A stretch of 63,988 nt of DNA, counting the filler, from Reticulomyxa filosa (Eukaryota > Protista > Foraminifera): NCBI GenBank assembly GCA_000512085.1. It is 14 parts of 14 records of this genome, joined end to end, with 100 filler letters (N's around TTAATTAATTAA, not from the genome) between each part and the next. Parts side by side here need not be neighbours in the genome. Positions count along the whole stretch, not along the records: positions 56,006 to 62,872 come from ASPP01012199.1; positions 62,973 to 63,988 come from ASPP01039668.1; 12 more parts are not named here. The stretch is one strand, 5' to 3'. The first letter of the stretch is position 1, and each line of letters begins with the position of its first letter. Positions 61,276 to 63,988 of the stretch are shown here, piece by piece. A model generated the notes under the pieces. The model saw only the letters and a program-made list of their open reading frames with translations. It did no database searches and was not told the origin of the DNA. The position numbers and the translations under genes are program-made.

Positions 61276-62872
61276 ATGGAAGAACTTTTAAAAGATGAAA
61301 AATTGGCAGATTGCACAGTATGTGCTGGCTATGGTTTGCAGAAAACCACTTTTCGTGTGGTCAAGTCTCATCTTGCCAAGCTCAGTGATTTTTTCAGGTA
61401 AAGATGATCCCCTCTTTTTTTTTTTTCCCTCTGATATTCCAATAGCAAGTGAATAGCTCTTGTTTTTTTTTTTTTGGAATGTAATTGAAATTACGCCAGA
61501 AAGAGATTGTATGAAACGAACGACAAGGATTTTGTGGTGAAATTAAAGTTCGTTCCTCCAACAGCATTTGAGGTGATATTGCGGAAAGCATACCATTTGG
61601 AGCTGAAATTGGACGGAAAGAATGTAATTCCAACACTGTATGTGTGCAGAAAACTAAAATTGGAAGGGTTGAAGAAAGATTGCGAGCAGTACCTGAAAGA
61701 GTTGACAGCACAAAATGTGTTGCAAATATGGGACGCAGCAATGAAGTATAAGATGTGTTCCAAAGTCAAAATTGACTTTAGAAAACCACCAAAACACCAC
61801 GACCAAGTATTGGACAAGTACAATTATCGCTTGTTGTTTTTTTCTTTTTATTCCTTTCCCTCTGTCCTTTTTGATTTTCCCTTAAATGACGGAACAAATC
61901 ACACACACACACATACACACAAAAAACAATTACATATATACACACATAAAATGTATGTACATACATAATGAGAATGTGCATGCGCACCACAAACTACATT
62001 GAACAACAATATCAAAGGTGTTGGAAGATCGCATCTTGCATACCATAGCACACCAAAGCGAGGATGTATTGCATAGCGAAGGTTTTTTGGATGTGACGTT
62101 TGAGGTGATGATACGATTGGTGGCGGCGCCGTTTTTCCGTGTGAAGGAAGAAGACATGTGGCTGCGTGTCGAAGAGTGGATGCAATGCTACTCGGTGCCT
62201 TATTTGCGACGATTCCGATACAAGGAAAAAGAACAGCCCTACTCCTCCAGTGATTTTGACTTTCCACAAGACAGGTTGGCTTATGAAACCAACTTGGAAC
62301 GCATTCGTCCATATTACACCGATCCTGATCACAAAGAAAGCGATGAAGAAGAGGAAGAAACGAACAAACAACCCGAAGAGCCCAAGAAAAAGGACGAAAA
62401 GCTGACAGTTTTGATTACAAATTTTTTAGAAAGAAGAAAAAAAAAAGGGGTAAATTCCAAAAAAAGGATGTCAACAGTACCGAATATGCGTAAGCACAAC
62501 ACCTCTATACATGATTCACTGTAATATATAAACGATTCTTTAGTTGACAGTGCCCAGCAAGGGATTTGAACCGACACAAAAGACGATCGATGAATTGATT
62601 GATTTGTGGGACAACTTCTTCGTTCGCATTTTCCGCTATGGTTTAATGAAGTCACAATTCTTTTTGGATCGGGTCAAGGATCGCATTCCAAATCGAGATG
62701 TGCGAGAAGAGGTGCTCATCTACTTCATTGAGAGCAAGAGGAAACCCAAGCTCACCAAAATTGATTCGAGAGACATGACCGAAGAAACAGGTTTCACACT
62801 TTTTTTTTTTTTTGCATCAAAGGGAGAGACAGATTTTTTTTAATGGTGACACAATTCAGAAACAAATACAGT
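61276..62872 (+). CDS. BTB/POZ-BACK domain protein; 3' truncated
   Basis: DEKLADCTVC...FRVVKSHLAKLSDFF, AFEVILRKAY, LEGLKKDCEQYL, VLHSEGFLDV, EEDMWLRVEEW, IFRYGLM. Intron 61398-61499. Confidence 0.85.
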
Positions 62873-63988
62873 NNNNNNNNNNNNNNNNNNNNNNNNNNNN
62901 NNNNNNNNNNNNNNNNTTAATTAATTAANNNNNNNNNNNNNNNNNNNNNNNNNNNNNNNNNNNNNNNNNNNNTGATCCACATTTTCGTCTTTTTTCTTCT
63001 CATTAATCTCCTGTTCATCTTTCTCTCACTCCAAACCAAAAACTTCACGATAAAGGGACCTATGTTTACATTGCCTTGGTTGATGCATATTACAACCACC
63101 GAAAGTATGATACAAACAACATATATTCACACTGACCTTTAAATAGTGGCTTTCTTTAAATCAACGTTCGTGCTTTTTTTTTTGTCTTTTTTTTTTGGGT
63201 TGCATGTGTTGACGTGTGGACCTAACCATGAAGCAACCAGTCTTTGATTGATAATTGCGATATTTCGAAAAGGCTATTGCTGGATACGAACAGCACTGCG
63301 ACGCATATATGAATTTACATTTTTTTTCTTCATCTTCGTTGGTAACTCGTAATGCGATTATATTTATGGCCAGCAATGTGATTGTGGACTGCTCCTCAGA
63401 CGATACTTAATCAATTTGTTGAGCATTGTCCAAGATTGTCTATTTTGATTTCCATCTTATTTGTTTGCTACTTTTCCACATACAAAATTGTTCTTTGCAT
63501 TGCCAACTGTGTTCAAACTATTTTTTCTTGCAATGCCTTCGTTTAATAACACCCTATTCGATGATATCAATGAATTGCTATGTTAGTACGTCAATGTTTG
63601 ACTGCTATTGTGCACAATTTGGAGATTATATAATTTGGGCAGCATAAACAATGAATAGCGCTGTTATTGAAGATACTTTCACAACTCAAGTATATACAAT
63701 AGCGCCATACTATCTGATGGTTTTCACACATCCAAGAATTCAGTGCTTGCACAACAACCAAGATACAGTCTGCAAATGGAGTGTGTATTATATACTGACG
63801 CTGCTTTGGACAGCTTGTTGCTAATCACTAGCGCTTTCACTTGGCCCAATATCACATAAATCTTTTGGGTTGCTTCAATCTACGGCACACATACGAAAAG
63901 AGCCAAATAATAACGCACCAATTGAAAATTATTGTGGATGGGATCGATGATGTTGAGGAAAGAGGAAGTCCTTCGATTAATTTCGATC

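Noticed and set aside
1-63988. tRNA, rRNA, telomeric or CRISPR arrays
   Set aside because: None were recognised by eye; covariance-model searches were not run, so small ncRNAs cannot be excluded.

Overview
AT-rich eukaryotic genomic DNA in the standard genetic code, with many short spliceosomal introns. It is not one locus: 14 contigs are joined by 13 artificial 100-nt linkers (N44-TTAATTAATTAA-N44), so neighbourhood across linkers means nothing. Composition and the gene families present (caspase-like, RING/TRAF-zinc, kelch, many pseudogenes) suggest a foraminiferan such as Reticulomyxa filosa; this is inference, not checked by a search. Recognisable genes: ALG11, a PKG-like kinase, a PhyH dioxygenase, a POLQ/HELQ helicase, a UBZ4+HIRAN (FAN1-like) fragment, and BTB-BACK, Myb, DEK-C+C2H2, hnRNP-Q-AcD-like and MAIP1/Tim44-like proteins. 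Most notable: (1) two paralogous OAS-like (cGAS/OAS/CD-NTase superfamily) nucleotidyltransferases, one with an intact catalytic triad and one with all three aspartates lost; (2) a RelA/SpoT-like domain fused to ankyrin repeats, and a caspase-type protease; (3) unusual introns with GTT-dominated or GC donors, often purine-rich acceptors, and internal hairpins; (4) a 1,090-bp-arm palindrome; (5) two short TG...CA elements with 4-bp target-site duplications and a TA-CAGT-ended TIR family. All domain calls are by-eye motif recognition, and homopolymer frameshifts suggest sequencing errors are present.
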